IMG/VR virus record: IMGVR_UViG_2894625894_000003 | Span: 1-64,000 of that record | Strand: one strand, 5' to 3' | Length of the DNA: 64,000 nucleotides | Source of the DNA: a virus | Taxonomy: Duplodnaviria > Caudoviricetes | Notes under the pieces: generated by a model | What the model saw: only the letters and a program-made list of their open reading frames with translations | The model's database searches: none | What the model was told of the DNA's origin: nothing | In this document: one piece after another, positions 18,831 through 28,759 of the stretch | Numbering within the stretch: the stretch's first letter is position 1 | Layout of the letters: each line of letters starts with the position of its first letter | Position numbers and translations under genes: made by a program

Positions 18831-21239
18831 ATGCTCCTAGTCAATGAAGCACCGGAAACCCTGACTATCGGGGTACCTTCAGAGGGCCAACAGGCCTATA
18901 TAGCCCAGGAGAACCTGGGAATTGTCTTTGATACGTTAACCAAAAACCTCTACCAGAACCCCATCGAGAGTATCGTCCGGGAACTCTGTAACAATGGCCA
19001 CGATGCCATGGTCGACGCCGGTATCAATCCGGTGGTGACCATCCGCTTTGATTCGGATGACCGGTCGATTCACTTCATTGATCAGGGTACCGGCATGTCA
19101 CCCGAGGTAATGACCAAAATCTATTTGTCACTCGGAGAATCGACCAAGCGGCAAAGTGATGATTTTATCGGATCGTTCGGGATCGGGTCCAAATCCCCAC
19201 TCTCCTACACCTCGGCCTTTTACATCAACACGGTCGTGGATGGGGTTGAATACGAGTACATGTATTCTAAGGTGAACTTGATTCCAGAGATGGAATTAAT
19301 CGATAGTACGCCAACCGACAAACCCAACGGAACCGATGTCTGGTTTTACCTTAAACCCAAGACCTACAGTTACTATGACCAGGAACGGGCCTCTTTTTCG
19401 GACGCCATCAAAAAACAGCTGAAGTATTTTGATTCGGTTATCCTGGTGGGCTTTCCCGAAATAACCAACAAATACACTCTTTATAAGGGACAACACGTCA
19501 TTATTCGGCCCAATTATGCCAACACCTCCGGGTTCCTGGAGATCTGCTTTGGTAAAAACGTGTATCCCATTGACTGGGCAGCTCTGGGTATAGAGGATAA
19601 AGATAAAATAAGCTCGGACTGTGGGTTATACTTCAATATCGGAGAGCTGACGGTAACACCCAACCGGGAGCAGATCCGGTACACCGAGGCCACCAAACAG
19701 GCAATATTGGCCAAAATAGAAGCCGCCCGGAAGGAACTCTCGGCCATGTACCATAAAAAGTACAGTGCCATTAAAACCCTACAGGAGTACTTCTATCAGT
19801 TGGACAACCTTCAATACCTAGGGCTGGGTACCAGTGATCGGTTATCTCTCAGGGGATGGAATTTACCGGTTAGTATTGGGTGGGCACCCATCCAACATCT
19901 TCATCTGTCGATGCCTCCTCATTGGGAAGATATTTTGGACTGTTATACGGTTAAACGAAATCGATCGACCCGAAAGAAAGGGGAATATAAACCCATTCAC
20001 GAGGCCTGGTACCAGGGGTTTGTTAGTCAAATAGGCAAATCAAATCCGCGTCGAAACCAATCCATTCAATGGGCTGTACTGTTACTGGCCAAACGGGCAG
20101 AAGCCGAGGAAGTGCTGGAAACGGACAATCCAAATGCGGTTAATGCGGCCTTACGGCTGTTTTATACCAGTAATCAATGCCGGTACGTGGATACCCGGTT
20201 TGGTAGTCTGGAGGATTTCGTATCCGCTGCCGCCCATGAAGCTACCGTCATTGCCAAAGAACTGGCCAAGCAGGCAGAACTGGCTGAATTAATTGACGAG
20301 GAGGAGGAAGAGGATCAGGAAACCGAGGATGAATACCTACTGGATTTTCGGAGTTTACGGATGTCTGAATCCGAACGGAAAGCCCGGTTGGCACTACCTG
20401 CCAGCTGGGAGCTGTATAATCCGAAGGGTATTGATTATGCCGCAGAAATCCGGGAGTTTTATGAGCTGGTGCGGGCCGATATTACGGCTACCATGACAGA
20501 TTATGACAGCCTGCCCATTCCCCGTCAGGATCGGTATTTGGTTTTACGGGATCCGACAGAGGTCAATGTTAGTTACAACGGAGATAGTCAATCCTGGACC
20601 ACCTGCCGCCGGTTACACGAGCTTTCCCATCACCGGATTATTTGTACTGATAAGGAGGAGGCCAAAATGCTCTGGCAACTGGTGCATCAACATTGGGGTA
20701 ATCGGTACAGTAAAAGTCGGAAGGTAAAGGGCAAAAATGTTAAGGTCGAAAACAAACGACTACTGTCAGTTATCTGGTCTCCAGCCAAGTACACAAAAGC
20801 CATGCTGGCAATCCCCGGTAGTATGACGGCCGATGACTTTCTGAAAAGTCGGATGCTGGAACGACTACTCCGGTTTTACTGGATGGAACGGCAGTTTCTC
20901 AAACTCGGCGGTATAAACAGTTACCATCTGAGCATTGTATCGCCGTCGGTGCATGAACAGTTCAAAACTCTTAAGCAGTGGCAGGGTGACTATAACCTTC
21001 AATCTGGGAATACTTTTCCAGCAGAACTTATCCATTACCTGGGTATGGCTACCCGGTTTTCTCAGCAACAGGGAGAGGCCCTTTACGAACTGGAACAGAG
21101 CATTCAGGAGGTTAAAGAAGACTTACAGCTCATTTACCGGGACTACAGCGGTATCGATTACTTCCGGGTGGTTGCCGAAAACAGAACACTAAAACAACAA
21201 TTGGCCCAATGTCAGCAGCAAAACAGCCCATCGGTTTAA
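18831..21239 (+). CDS. rIIA: rIIA-like protein with GHKL ATPase domain
   Basis: LYQNPIESIVRELCNNGHDA, DQGTGM, STK, IGSFGIGSKSP, PNREQI; followed by an rIIB-like gene. Confidence 0.88.
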   Translation: MLLVNEAPETLTIGVPSEGQQAYIAQENLGIVFDTLTKNLYQNPIESIVRELCNNGHDAMVDAGINPVVTIRFDSDDRSIHFIDQGTGMSPEVMTKIYLSLGESTKRQSDDFIGSFGIGSKSPLSYTSAFYINTVVDGVEYEYMYSKVNLIPEMELIDSTPTDKPNGTDVWFYLKPKTYSYYDQERASFSDAIKKQLKYFDSVILVGFPEITNKYTLYKGQHVIIRPNYANTSGFLEICFGKNVYPIDWAALGIEDKDKISSDCGLYFNIGELTVTPNREQIRYTEATKQAILAKIEAARKELSAMYHKKYSAIKTLQEYFYQLDNLQYLGLGTSDRLSLRGWNLPVSIGWAPIQHLHLSMPPHWEDILDCYTVKRNRSTRKKGEYKPIHEAWYQGFVSQIGKSNPRRNQSIQWAVLLLAKRAEAEEVLETDNPNAVNAALRLFYTSNQCRYVDTRFGSLEDFVSAAAHEATVIAKELAKQAELAELIDEEEEEDQETEDEYLLDFRSLRMSESERKARLALPASWELYNPKGIDYAAEIREFYELVRADITATMTDYDSLPIPRQDRYLVLRDPTEVNVSYNGDSQSWTTCRRLHELSHHRIICTDKEEAKMLWQLVHQHWGNRYSKSRKVKGKNVKVENKRLLSVIWSPAKYTKAMLAIPGSMTADDFLKSRMLERLLRFYWMERQFLKLGGINSYHLSIVSPSVHEQFKTLKQWQGDYNLQSGNTFPAELIHYLGMATRFSQQQGEALYELEQSIQEVKEDLQLIYRDYSGIDYFRVVAENRTLKQQLAQCQQQNSPSV

Positions 21240-22543
21240 AACAGATTGGGGACACGGTTATCGTCTACCTGGAGGACAAAAAGAAAGTCAAATTCCCCAA
21301 ACCGGTTGAAGCCTTCGACAAACTGGTAGCCCTCATCAATCAGTTTAATATGTGGTTTCGGGCGAAAGACCGTATGGACATCGGTAAATTACTGGACAAG
21401 TTCACCCAGCCAATCAAAACGGATGAACAGCAGCAACAGGAGAAAAAGGTTCAGACGAACCGGATTCAACGGAAGAAGATCGAAAAAAAGATCAAAACCG
21501 TGGCCCAGGAAAGCATCCCGGTGGAGCCTGTTGTCGAACTAATTCGGGATGTGCCCGGAATCAAGGTTCACTCTGATGGTACCGCCCGGTTAGAAGGGTT
21601 TGGCTTCCCCCTTCCCAAGTTTATCCTGCAGAAATTCAGAGAGTGGCACGAAGCAGGAGAAGACCTCACACCACTTCGCAATTTTACCCTACTGCTGGCA
21701 GCCAACCCCAACCCGGATGTCCGGGAAGACATCCTGCCCTGGTTGCTGAAACATCACTTCATGCTGACGCCCAATGGGTACGTCGTTGCCTACCGGTACG
21801 TGAATATAAAGGAACAGGGAGGAGATCGAAATCTATTGGAAGCCATTACCCGGGCGTATGCCAATGTTCGTTCCAGACGGAGAGCCACCAAAGAGTTCTC
21901 CCTGTTTAAACTGAAGGATGGAACGTATACCTGGGACTATAACCACAAACAACCGGAAGGAAGTAAAGTGGTTGGTATTGTCCAGGATTTATACAAAGGT
22001 TTGGATAAACAGGCACAACCCGTGTATACCGACAACCACACGGGTAAATTCCGAATCAAACTGGGAGAAGTTGTCGAAATGGATCGAACCAAAACCAGTG
22101 CATCCCGTGCCGATTGCTCCTATGGGTTACACATGGGCAATAGCCACTGGGTAAAGACCTCCAGTTATGGTTCTGAATTGCTCCTGTGTCTGATTAATCC
22201 GGCGGACATTGTCAACGTTCCCAGCGGTGAATGGAAATTCAGATGTTGCCAGTATTATCCAGTTGCCCGAATCGAGCTGGAAGATATTGACAAACTGGAA
22301 GCGGAACAACTCCGTGTTTTCGACGGGGATTATGCCACGCTGGAAATGGAGACACTCATTAAATCCATTCGTCAGGATCCAACCCTAAAGGAGTTTGCCG
22401 GTAAACGGGTGGACAAGAAAACACCGCTGATCAAACAGCTTCGGGAACTAAAAGGGACCCAATCAATCCGAACCTGGTCAACTCATTTACCCGAAGAGGA
22501 CCAGCAGGCTATTCTTGAAAGCCGGGTTGCCTTGATTGCCTAA
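21209..22543 (+). CDS. rIIB: rIIB-like protein
   Basis: ANPNP, LTPNGYVVAYR, CSYGLH, INPADIVNVP, FRCCQY. Confidence 0.88.
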   Translation: MSAAKQPIGLKQIGDTVIVYLEDKKKVKFPKPVEAFDKLVALINQFNMWFRAKDRMDIGKLLDKFTQPIKTDEQQQQEKKVQTNRIQRKKIEKKIKTVAQESIPVEPVVELIRDVPGIKVHSDGTARLEGFGFPLPKFILQKFREWHEAGEDLTPLRNFTLLLAANPNPDVREDILPWLLKHHFMLTPNGYVVAYRYVNIKEQGGDRNLLEAITRAYANVRSRRRATKEFSLFKLKDGTYTWDYNHKQPEGSKVVGIVQDLYKGLDKQAQPVYTDNHTGKFRIKLGEVVEMDRTKTSASRADCSYGLHMGNSHWVKTSSYGSELLLCLINPADIVNVPSGEWKFRCCQYYPVARIELEDIDKLEAEQLRVFDGDYATLEMETLIKSIRQDPTLKEFAGKRVDKKTPLIKQLRELKGTQSIRTWSTHLPEEDQQAILESRVALIA

Positions 22544-22548
22544 TCAGT

Positions 22549-22575
22549 AAACCGGTGGTTTCGGCCACCGGTTTT
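22549..22575 (+). terminator. intrinsic terminator after rIIB
   Basis: AAACCGGTGGT-TTCG-GCCACCGGTTTT. Confidence 0.75.
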
Positions 22576-22589
22576 AATAACGTATATAT

Positions 22590-22916
22590 ATGAGCGTTAT
22601 ATATTCTAAAACACAAACTGGGGTATTCCTGGAGGTATCCACGGCCCACCTCAAAAAACAGGATGCTCAGTGGCTGGACCTACAGGCAATAGCGGGAGAA
22701 TTTAGTAACTGGACCGTGGCTAAATATCCGGAAGGTTACTTTGTAGTAGTTCCTGCCGAATTAAACGACCAAGCAGAAATTAACTCTGGAACCTTTGAGC
22801 ATGTTCCCATTCGAGTATTACAGCATTGGCTGATGGCCGATAAAGCCGGTTGTCGGATCATTCGCTATGACCGGGATGTAGAACCTTATCCAGACCTGGA
22901 TCGCTATGAGTGGTAA
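22590..22916 (+). CDS. DUF5983-like protein
   Basis: EVSTAHL, YPEGYFV, GCRIIRYDRD. Confidence 0.6.
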   Translation: MSVIYSKTQTGVFLEVSTAHLKKQDAQWLDLQAIAGEFSNWTVAKYPEGYFVVVPAELNDQAEINSGTFEHVPIRVLQHWLMADKAGCRIIRYDRDVEPYPDLDRYEW

Positions 22917-23184
22917 CCTTTTTGGAAATACTCCTTCCATTGCAAACAGGACCACCAAAATCTTTGACATCCTACTGGAATATTACCAGTTAGAGGGTAA
23001 TGGAGCAGAAGACGCCAGCCGGGATTTACTATCTGACTTAATGCACTATATGGCAGAAAACCAGCTGAATTTTGCAGACATGTGGCGTACCGCTCTCAAC
23101 CATTTCGAATTTGAACGGGGAGAGGAAAACCTGCCCGGTTATCCATTTTTAGACACCAACTCCGCAGATGAGCACACTACTTGA
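22906..23184 (+). CDS. hypothetical acidic protein
   Basis: DLLSDLMHY...HFEFE motif. Confidence 0.7.
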   Translation: MSGNLFGNTPSIANRTTKIFDILLEYYQLEGNGAEDASRDLLSDLMHYMAENQLNFADMWRTALNHFEFERGEENLPGYPFLDTNSADEHTT

Positions 23185-23719
23185 GTACGAAAATATCGTT
23201 GTCCCCCATCCACTGGCAAAGGCCTTGAAACAGGCTGGGTATGCGGACCTTACCTTCTTCTGGTATGAATTGATAAAGGAAACTGGCGCTTACCGATTAA
23301 TGTGGCCTACTCCCGAGGCAAGACCACATACCCATTTGAGTAATGCTAGTCATCGGATGTATCAAGGGGCTAAAGTTGAAAAAGTGTCAGCTCCTACCTG
23401 GGACCAAGCCTTTGCTTTAATGAGGAAATGTGGTTGGCATGGGGTCACCATTTATAATTCGGATATTGAGGGGGATGATGGCCATTTGTACCATAATTCC
23501 ATCATGGATCTGGACAAGGAGATCGAATATAATCTGAATGACGATTCGTGGGTATTAGCATTACAATCCGATGATTTTGAAACCCAGATTATCTGTTACG
23601 ATAATGTCGAGGAGGCTCGGTATGACTTGTTAAGGGCCATGATTCTTCATCTGGACCCAACCCCGATACTTACCTACCAGGAATACCTGGAATCCATTTC
23701 GGTACCGGAAACAGCCTAA
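23168..23719 (+). CDS. hypothetical protein
   Basis: LAKALKQAGY...APT motif of Bacteroidota phage proteins. Confidence 0.7.
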   Translation: MSTLLEYENIVVPHPLAKALKQAGYADLTFFWYELIKETGAYRLMWPTPEARPHTHLSNASHRMYQGAKVEKVSAPTWDQAFALMRKCGWHGVTIYNSDIEGDDGHLYHNSIMDLDKEIEYNLNDDSWVLALQSDDFETQIICYDNVEEARYDLLRAMILHLDPTPILTYQEYLESISVPETA

Positions 23720-23724
23720 TAACC

Positions 23725-23931
23725 ATGGCCAACGACAAAAAATACGAAGTACCCGAACCAGATGAAACCATTAGGACCATAATTGACCGGGCTAGTCAAT
23801 GGACTGGCTGGTTAGAAAACCGTATGCCTGGGATTTCACCCGAGTATCGGAAAGGTCTGTTTTTGTTTGCCCTGACCGAATTTGGGAAGGAATGTATAGA
23901 GGCCCAAAAGCGGCATACCGAAGACAATTAG
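23725..23931 (+). CDS. hypothetical protein
   Basis: ORF packing. Confidence 0.6.
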   Translation: MANDKKYEVPEPDETIRTIIDRASQWTGWLENRMPGISPEYRKGLFLFALTEFGKECIEAQKRHTEDN

Positions 23932-23978
23932 GGAAAAAAGACAACGTAAGACTGTGTACCAGGTTAATCTGAAGTGAT

Positions 23979-24827
23979 ATGGAGGCTCCTAGCAAAGATT
24001 CATTAATAGGCCGAAGATTCGGCCAGCTTGTGGTTATTGATGTTTTCCAGAAGTTTTCCGGAAACCAAGTCAGAAAGTTCGCCCGGTGTGCTTGTACATG
24101 TGGAAAACAGAAGGACATATGCGGTTATAGCCTGGAACGAGGAAACACAACCTCCTGTGGTTGTTATGCAAAGGCCCAGCGACTGCTTGGTACATCGAAA
24201 TATAACTACAATACCCAGTTTTTTAGAGAAGCAGCACCCGAGGCACAGTACACACTCGGATTAATACTTACCGATGGTAACCTCCATCGAAATAAGAACA
24301 TATTCAGTATCACTCTCCATCAAGAGGACATACATGTTCTGAAACAAGTTGGGTTTTTGGTCCGGGGAGATGACACATTACATTTCCCTGTTAAGTCAAA
24401 CTGTGTAACACTTTACTGTACAAATAGTGAATTGTACTCTGATCTTTGTGGATTAGGCTTTACACCTAATAAGTCAACATCTACGTCCATACCGACACAG
24501 CTACAGAGTAGTAGTCACTTTTGGAGAGGGGTTATAGATGGAGATGGAAGTTTATTCATTTCAGGTAATTACCTCTACTTGAGCATGTGTGGTACCCGAG
24601 CTGTTTGTCAGTCATTTTTAGATTGTACAAGGAGTATTGGAATCCAAACCAAGGCCAAAGTCCGACCCAAGAAAGGGTATTCCTTCGAGTTTTGTGAAAC
24701 CCAACTCAGCGGTACAGCAGCCTATCGGTTTGCTAAATTCATTTACCAAGATGCCGGTAATCTTAGAATAGATAGAAAATACCAGGCATACTGGTCTTAC
24801 AAACAGATGAAGTATCCAAATGAATAA
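23979..24827 (+). mobile_element. free-standing double-motif LAGLIDADG homing endonuclease with N-terminal Cys-rich domain
   Basis: YTLGLILTDG and FWRGVIDGDG; N-terminal GRRFGQL..CTCG..SCGC. Confidence 0.85.
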
Positions 24828-25257
24828 ACCCCGATTTGAGTTTACCCCGGATCGTATTAATAGGTCCGTTTTATTTGAAAACCAGGAAATCCTGGTATTT
24901 CCGTCAAATACCGAAGGGAAACACGGCATGGGGTTGGCCCGATTGGCATACAATCATTTTGGAGCCATTTACGGTGTTCCGATGGGTTTACAGGGCCGGT
25001 CTTATGGAATCATTACCAAGGACCTCAAACAATCCGATCTATATGACTCAGATTATCAGACACGGATGTTGTACCTGATTAAAAAGCAGGCCGCCACTTT
25101 ATGGTGCTTTGCCGAATTCTGCCCACAATTTCACTTTTATATACCCTTGATTGGTACTGGACTAGCTGGTTTACGGCCATCTGCAGTACGGGAATCTATC
25201 AAGGTTTTCCGGGAACGGCCCCTGCCCAACATCATTTTACCCAAAGAGTTTGCATGA
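24820..25257 (+). CDS. macro-domain-like phage protein (A1S_2505-like)
   Basis: ILVFPSNTEGKHGMG, FGAIYG, GLQGRSYGI, IGTGLAG. Confidence 0.75.
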   Translation: MNKPRFEFTPDRINRSVLFENQEILVFPSNTEGKHGMGLARLAYNHFGAIYGVPMGLQGRSYGIITKDLKQSDLYDSDYQTRMLYLIKKQAATLWCFAEFCPQFHFYIPLIGTGLAGLRPSAVRESIKVFRERPLPNIILPKEFA

Positions 25258-25439
25258 ATCAGATTATCATCGAGGTCCAGGGTGGCATTGTCCACCAGGT
25301 TCTCGGTATTCCGGAAGACACCCAGGTTCTGGTAAAGGATTATGACATTATGGACATAAATGGATTAGACCTCCAACAAGATAAGAATGGGGTCTATACC
25401 GAAAACACCTGGATTCCGGGTGATGTCATGCAATTCTAA
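25254..25439 (+). CDS. small hypothetical protein
   Basis: ATGA coupling; IIIEVQGG...DYD. Confidence 0.6.
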   Translation: MNQIIIEVQGGIVHQVLGIPEDTQVLVKDYDIMDINGLDLQQDKNGVYTENTWIPGDVMQF

Positions 25440-25482
25440 CCAGGTCTCCTGGATATTCAGAAACATTCAGATTACTGTTTTA

Positions 25483-26511
25483 ATGGCACATGCAATTGAT
25501 GAGACTACCGGTATAGCTGCCGCCTGGTCAAATGAGTTAACCTCCTGGCATGGACTGGGTTCTGTAACCACCGGAATCAATACCTCCGAGGACATTATCA
25601 AACTAGCCGGTTTGGATTTCGAGGTAGTCAAGAAACCTATTTTTGTGGAGGATGACACGGATCTGTTTGAGACCTCCTATACGAAAATAGAGGGCCATTT
25701 CTCAACAGTACGGACCGATACGCACAAGCCCCTGGGGATTGTGGGTAAAAAATACGAGGTCATTCCTAATACGGAGGCTTTCCGGTTCTTTGATTCAGTC
25801 ATTGGCAAGGATAATGTACAGTATGAAACTGCCGGGGCACTTAAAGATGGCCGTGTGATCTACGTTACGGCCAAAATGAAGGAGCCTATGTTGATCAATG
25901 GGAAGGATCCACACGATATGTACGTGGTATTCACCAATTCCCATGACGGGTCCAGCTCAGTCCGGGCCTTTATTACCTCGGTTCGGATTGTCTGTGCCAA
26001 TACGTTTGCGGCTGCCATAGCCAACATGAAGGGCCGTAAGAAGTCTGGGGAAAGCAACTACCTAACGGTTCGCCATCTTTCCGGTTACCAGAACCAGATG
26101 GCCCAGGCAATGCAGGTACTGGCCCTGACGGAAAAGGTGACCCAGGAACAACAGGGCCTGTTTGAACAACTCCAGAAGATTAAACTAAAGGATGATCAGA
26201 CCAAACAGCTGGCCCTTCAATTGATTTGTGACCAGGCCGAACTGAACATCCTGGGTACCGGCGCTGATGTCCAGAATGTACTATCGGCCCGGAAGTTCAA
26301 CACCTATAACCGGATTCTGGAATCCTGCTTCGGTCCAGCCAGTCAACAGGACATCTTGGGAACGGCTTATGGATTTATGAACGGGGTAACTTACTACACC
26401 TCCCACGTGAAGGACAAGGAAAGTCAGGATGCAACCATCTACAACCATTTGTTTGGTACCAGCCGGGAGCTACAATCCAAAGCCGTTCAGTTGGTAACCA
26501 GTCTGGTATAA
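25483..26511 (+). CDS. DUF932 (TIGR03299-like) protein
   Basis: MAH, WHGLG, AGLDFEV, ETAGAL, NSHDGS, RIVCANT, VRH. Confidence 0.9.
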   Translation: MAHAIDETTGIAAAWSNELTSWHGLGSVTTGINTSEDIIKLAGLDFEVVKKPIFVEDDTDLFETSYTKIEGHFSTVRTDTHKPLGIVGKKYEVIPNTEAFRFFDSVIGKDNVQYETAGALKDGRVIYVTAKMKEPMLINGKDPHDMYVVFTNSHDGSSSVRAFITSVRIVCANTFAAAIANMKGRKKSGESNYLTVRHLSGYQNQMAQAMQVLALTEKVTQEQQGLFEQLQKIKLKDDQTKQLALQLICDQAELNILGTGADVQNVLSARKFNTYNRILESCFGPASQQDILGTAYGFMNGVTYYTSHVKDKESQDATIYNHLFGTSRELQSKAVQLVTSLV

Positions 26512-26906
26512 TGAACCCAAGTATTGATCAAATCAAGGAGGCTATCGGAGATATGTTTTTCCGGCAGCCTCCTCCGGTCAAACGAACCTATTCAAATGGA
26601 GTCGATCCTTTCTGCAAGTGCTGTAACAAAGACACGTTCGACGATAACCGGGACTATTATATGGTTCGGGATGAGGTTTGGTTTCAGATTATGCCCACTA
26701 AAAAAGGTATGCTTTGTATGGACTGTCTGGAAACCAAACTCGGCCGAAAACTGACTGCTGCCGATTTGACGCTGTGCCCCTTAAATATGGACCCACTACC
26801 AATAGGGAATCAGTATACTCGGCAGTTGCTGCTTGATTCAGGGGTGATTCTACCTGATGGTGCAGTAATTCTGGCAGAATACGAGAAACTGTTTATACAT
26901 GGATGA
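26511..26906 (+). CDS. Zn-binding hypothetical protein
   Basis: CKCC...YMVRDEVW...LCMDCLE.KLGR. Confidence 0.7.
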   Translation: MNPSIDQIKEAIGDMFFRQPPPVKRTYSNGVDPFCKCCNKDTFDDNRDYYMVRDEVWFQIMPTKKGMLCMDCLETKLGRKLTAADLTLCPLNMDPLPIGNQYTRQLLLDSGVILPDGAVILAEYEKLFIHG

Positions 26907-27255
26907 ATTATCCTTACTCCAGGAACAACTGGAGACCAGTAAACTGAACCTTGAAGTAAATCGGAGAGGCAGATGCTGGTACGAAATTTACACCCCTGGA
27001 CCAGCTGGGGGTGTGCTTAAATCCCATTGTGTGGGCAATATGACCACTATCCGGGCCTATATCCAGGGTTACACGGATGGAAAGAAAAAGGGTCTAACTG
27101 AAACCCTAACCCGAAAAAAGGGTCGGATTACCAAACTACGTAACCGGTTACGAGCTGCTGAGAACCGAGGGTACCTTCAAGCTGTCGAAGAAATCGACGG
27201 AATCCATAACGGGATCATTCCCGACAAACACAATCCAACACTAAATAATGGCTGA
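26899..27255 (+). CDS. hypothetical protein
   Basis: ORF packing. Confidence 0.65.
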   Translation: MDELSLLQEQLETSKLNLEVNRRGRCWYEIYTPGPAGGVLKSHCVGNMTTIRAYIQGYTDGKKKGLTETLTRKKGRITKLRNRLRAAENRGYLQAVEEIDGIHNGIIPDKHNPTLNNG

Positions 27256-27511
27256 GTTTCCAGAACACGAGCACAAGTATCTGCCGGGGGCAGCTGACCA
27301 ATACACGAACCACGAACTGGCAGCCTGGTCCCTATTATTTGCCAAAAGGGCTACACACCGGGATCCTTCCAATGAAGAGGGTAAACGGAAACAGGAAAAG
27401 GATCAACAGGACTCCAGTAATTATCAGCAAATGCTGATTGATCGTGTGGGGGTTGAAAGAGGCAGTCAAATTTTCCGGGAAGTTTCACATACTCTTAGCC
27501 GATCAGAATGA
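27248..27511 (+). CDS. hypothetical protein
   Basis: ORF packing. Confidence 0.65.
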   Translation: MAEFPEHEHKYLPGAADQYTNHELAAWSLLFAKRATHRDPSNEEGKRKQEKDQQDSSNYQQMLIDRVGVERGSQIFREVSHTLSRSE

Positions 27512-28209
27512 ATCTAGCCTACGAGTTAATCCTGGCCGAACGTAACCGACAAATCACTGCACTTGGTTACGCTCCCCATCATGACAATCAGTATGTCAAT
27601 CACGAGTTGGAAAAGGCAGCGGATTGTTATGCTACCCATCCTTCCTCCCGGGCTTTGATGCAAGAATCAACAATTCCCATTGACTGGCCTTGGGATCCGA
27701 TATGGTGGAAACCTGGGGATCGTAACCGGGAACTTGTTAAAGCAGGAGCACTTTATTTGGCCCAAAAAGATCTATTGGTTCGAAAAGGTGAGATCATTCC
27801 ACAGATTCTTCGGATAAAGCTGGATGCCGTAGAACAGGAACTTCAAAAACGTCTTGCTCCTGCTCAGTTGTCTGGTCGTATTTATAAGTATCTCAAAAAC
27901 TACCTGGTCAATGAACTGGGATTTGGTCGACTTGCAGTAGAGAATTTGTTCTATCAACACCTCCGGCATATTCTGACCCAACTGGTTGAAAGGGAACTGG
28001 AATCGGCCTGGATGCAAAGAGTGATCAAAAAGGCCGTGTTTGATTATCTGGAGATACCATCCGTAGCAAGCCAATGGGGATATGACGGAAGACAGTCCAT
28101 TAAATTCTCAACCTACGTGGACAAGTTGGCCAAAGAAGTTGTCCGGGAGGAAATTGTGAAACGAGTGGATTTCGATGCCATTCAGTTAAAGTCAGTCAAT
28201 GAATCGTAG
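27508..28209 (+). CDS. phage protein with ERxRQ...WPW...LVKAGAL domain
   Basis: AERNRQ, HDNQY, WPWDPIWWKP, LVKAGAL. Confidence 0.75.
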   Translation: MNLAYELILAERNRQITALGYAPHHDNQYVNHELEKAADCYATHPSSRALMQESTIPIDWPWDPIWWKPGDRNRELVKAGALYLAQKDLLVRKGEIIPQILRIKLDAVEQELQKRLAPAQLSGRIYKYLKNYLVNELGFGRLAVENLFYQHLRHILTQLVERELESAWMQRVIKKAVFDYLEIPSVASQWGYDGRQSIKFSTYVDKLAKEVVREEIVKRVDFDAIQLKSVNES

Positions 28210-28558
28210 GGACCTATTAAAAGGATTGGGGGCACTGGTATTCGTGCCTCCAATTCTGGAAAATTTGGCAGCCCCATTAGCTGAAACATTACCAGCCATT
28301 TCTCCAGATGCCCTTATCAAAAATTTTGATATGGTATTGCCTTGGGGATGTAATGTTGGAGACATTTTGGTAACTCCACACTGTGAACTCATTGTCAGAA
28401 GAGTTGATCCATGTGGAAGGGGGCTGGCTGAAATTTTATCAAACGATCCGGAATTTGGAATTCCCTTAAGTGATGAGTGTAAGTTAAATGACATTGTTGC
28501 TCATGTCCATTCCAGCTTTAAACCCTTCAGAACAATCCACGGTCGGACAACCGGGTGA
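28199..28558 (+). CDS. protein with twin-arginine (Tat)-like N-terminus
   Basis: MNRRDLLKGLGAL matches the RRxFLK-type consensus. Confidence 0.65.
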   Translation: MNRRDLLKGLGALVFVPPILENLAAPLAETLPAISPDALIKNFDMVLPWGCNVGDILVTPHCELIVRRVDPCGRGLAEILSNDPEFGIPLSDECKLNDIVAHVHSSFKPFRTIHGRTTG

Positions 28559-28739
28559 TATACTCCTGGAAGAGATGTGGGCCTGGTTGGGTGATACACC
28601 CATTAATGTGAATGACGAGATCGATGAGCCCTTTTTGGACTGGCCAAAAGGGACTCATCGGGAAGATATTTGGCACTTTTTTGACGAGCACCACTCGAAG
28701 GGGGTAGCCTGGTTAATGCAGCACAACAATACCGTTTAG
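28488..28739 (+). CDS. small acidic hypothetical protein (start uncertain)
   Basis: WPKGTHREDIWHFFDE motif. Confidence 0.6.
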   Translation: MTLLLMSIPALNPSEQSTVGQPGDILLEEMWAWLGDTPINVNDEIDEPFLDWPKGTHREDIWHFFDEHHSKGVAWLMQHNNTV

Positions 28740-28759
28740 AAAACGATAGAATCCAATCC

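Noticed and set aside
7378-21239. TopoVI-A-like protein pairing with the GHKL domain of rIIA as a topoisomerase
   Set aside because: The genes are 10 kb apart and rIIA has its canonical rIIB partner; there is no supporting evidence.
23932-24827. Group I intron hosting the LAGLIDADG ORF
   Set aside because: The flanking genes are complete and the gaps are too short for an intron core.
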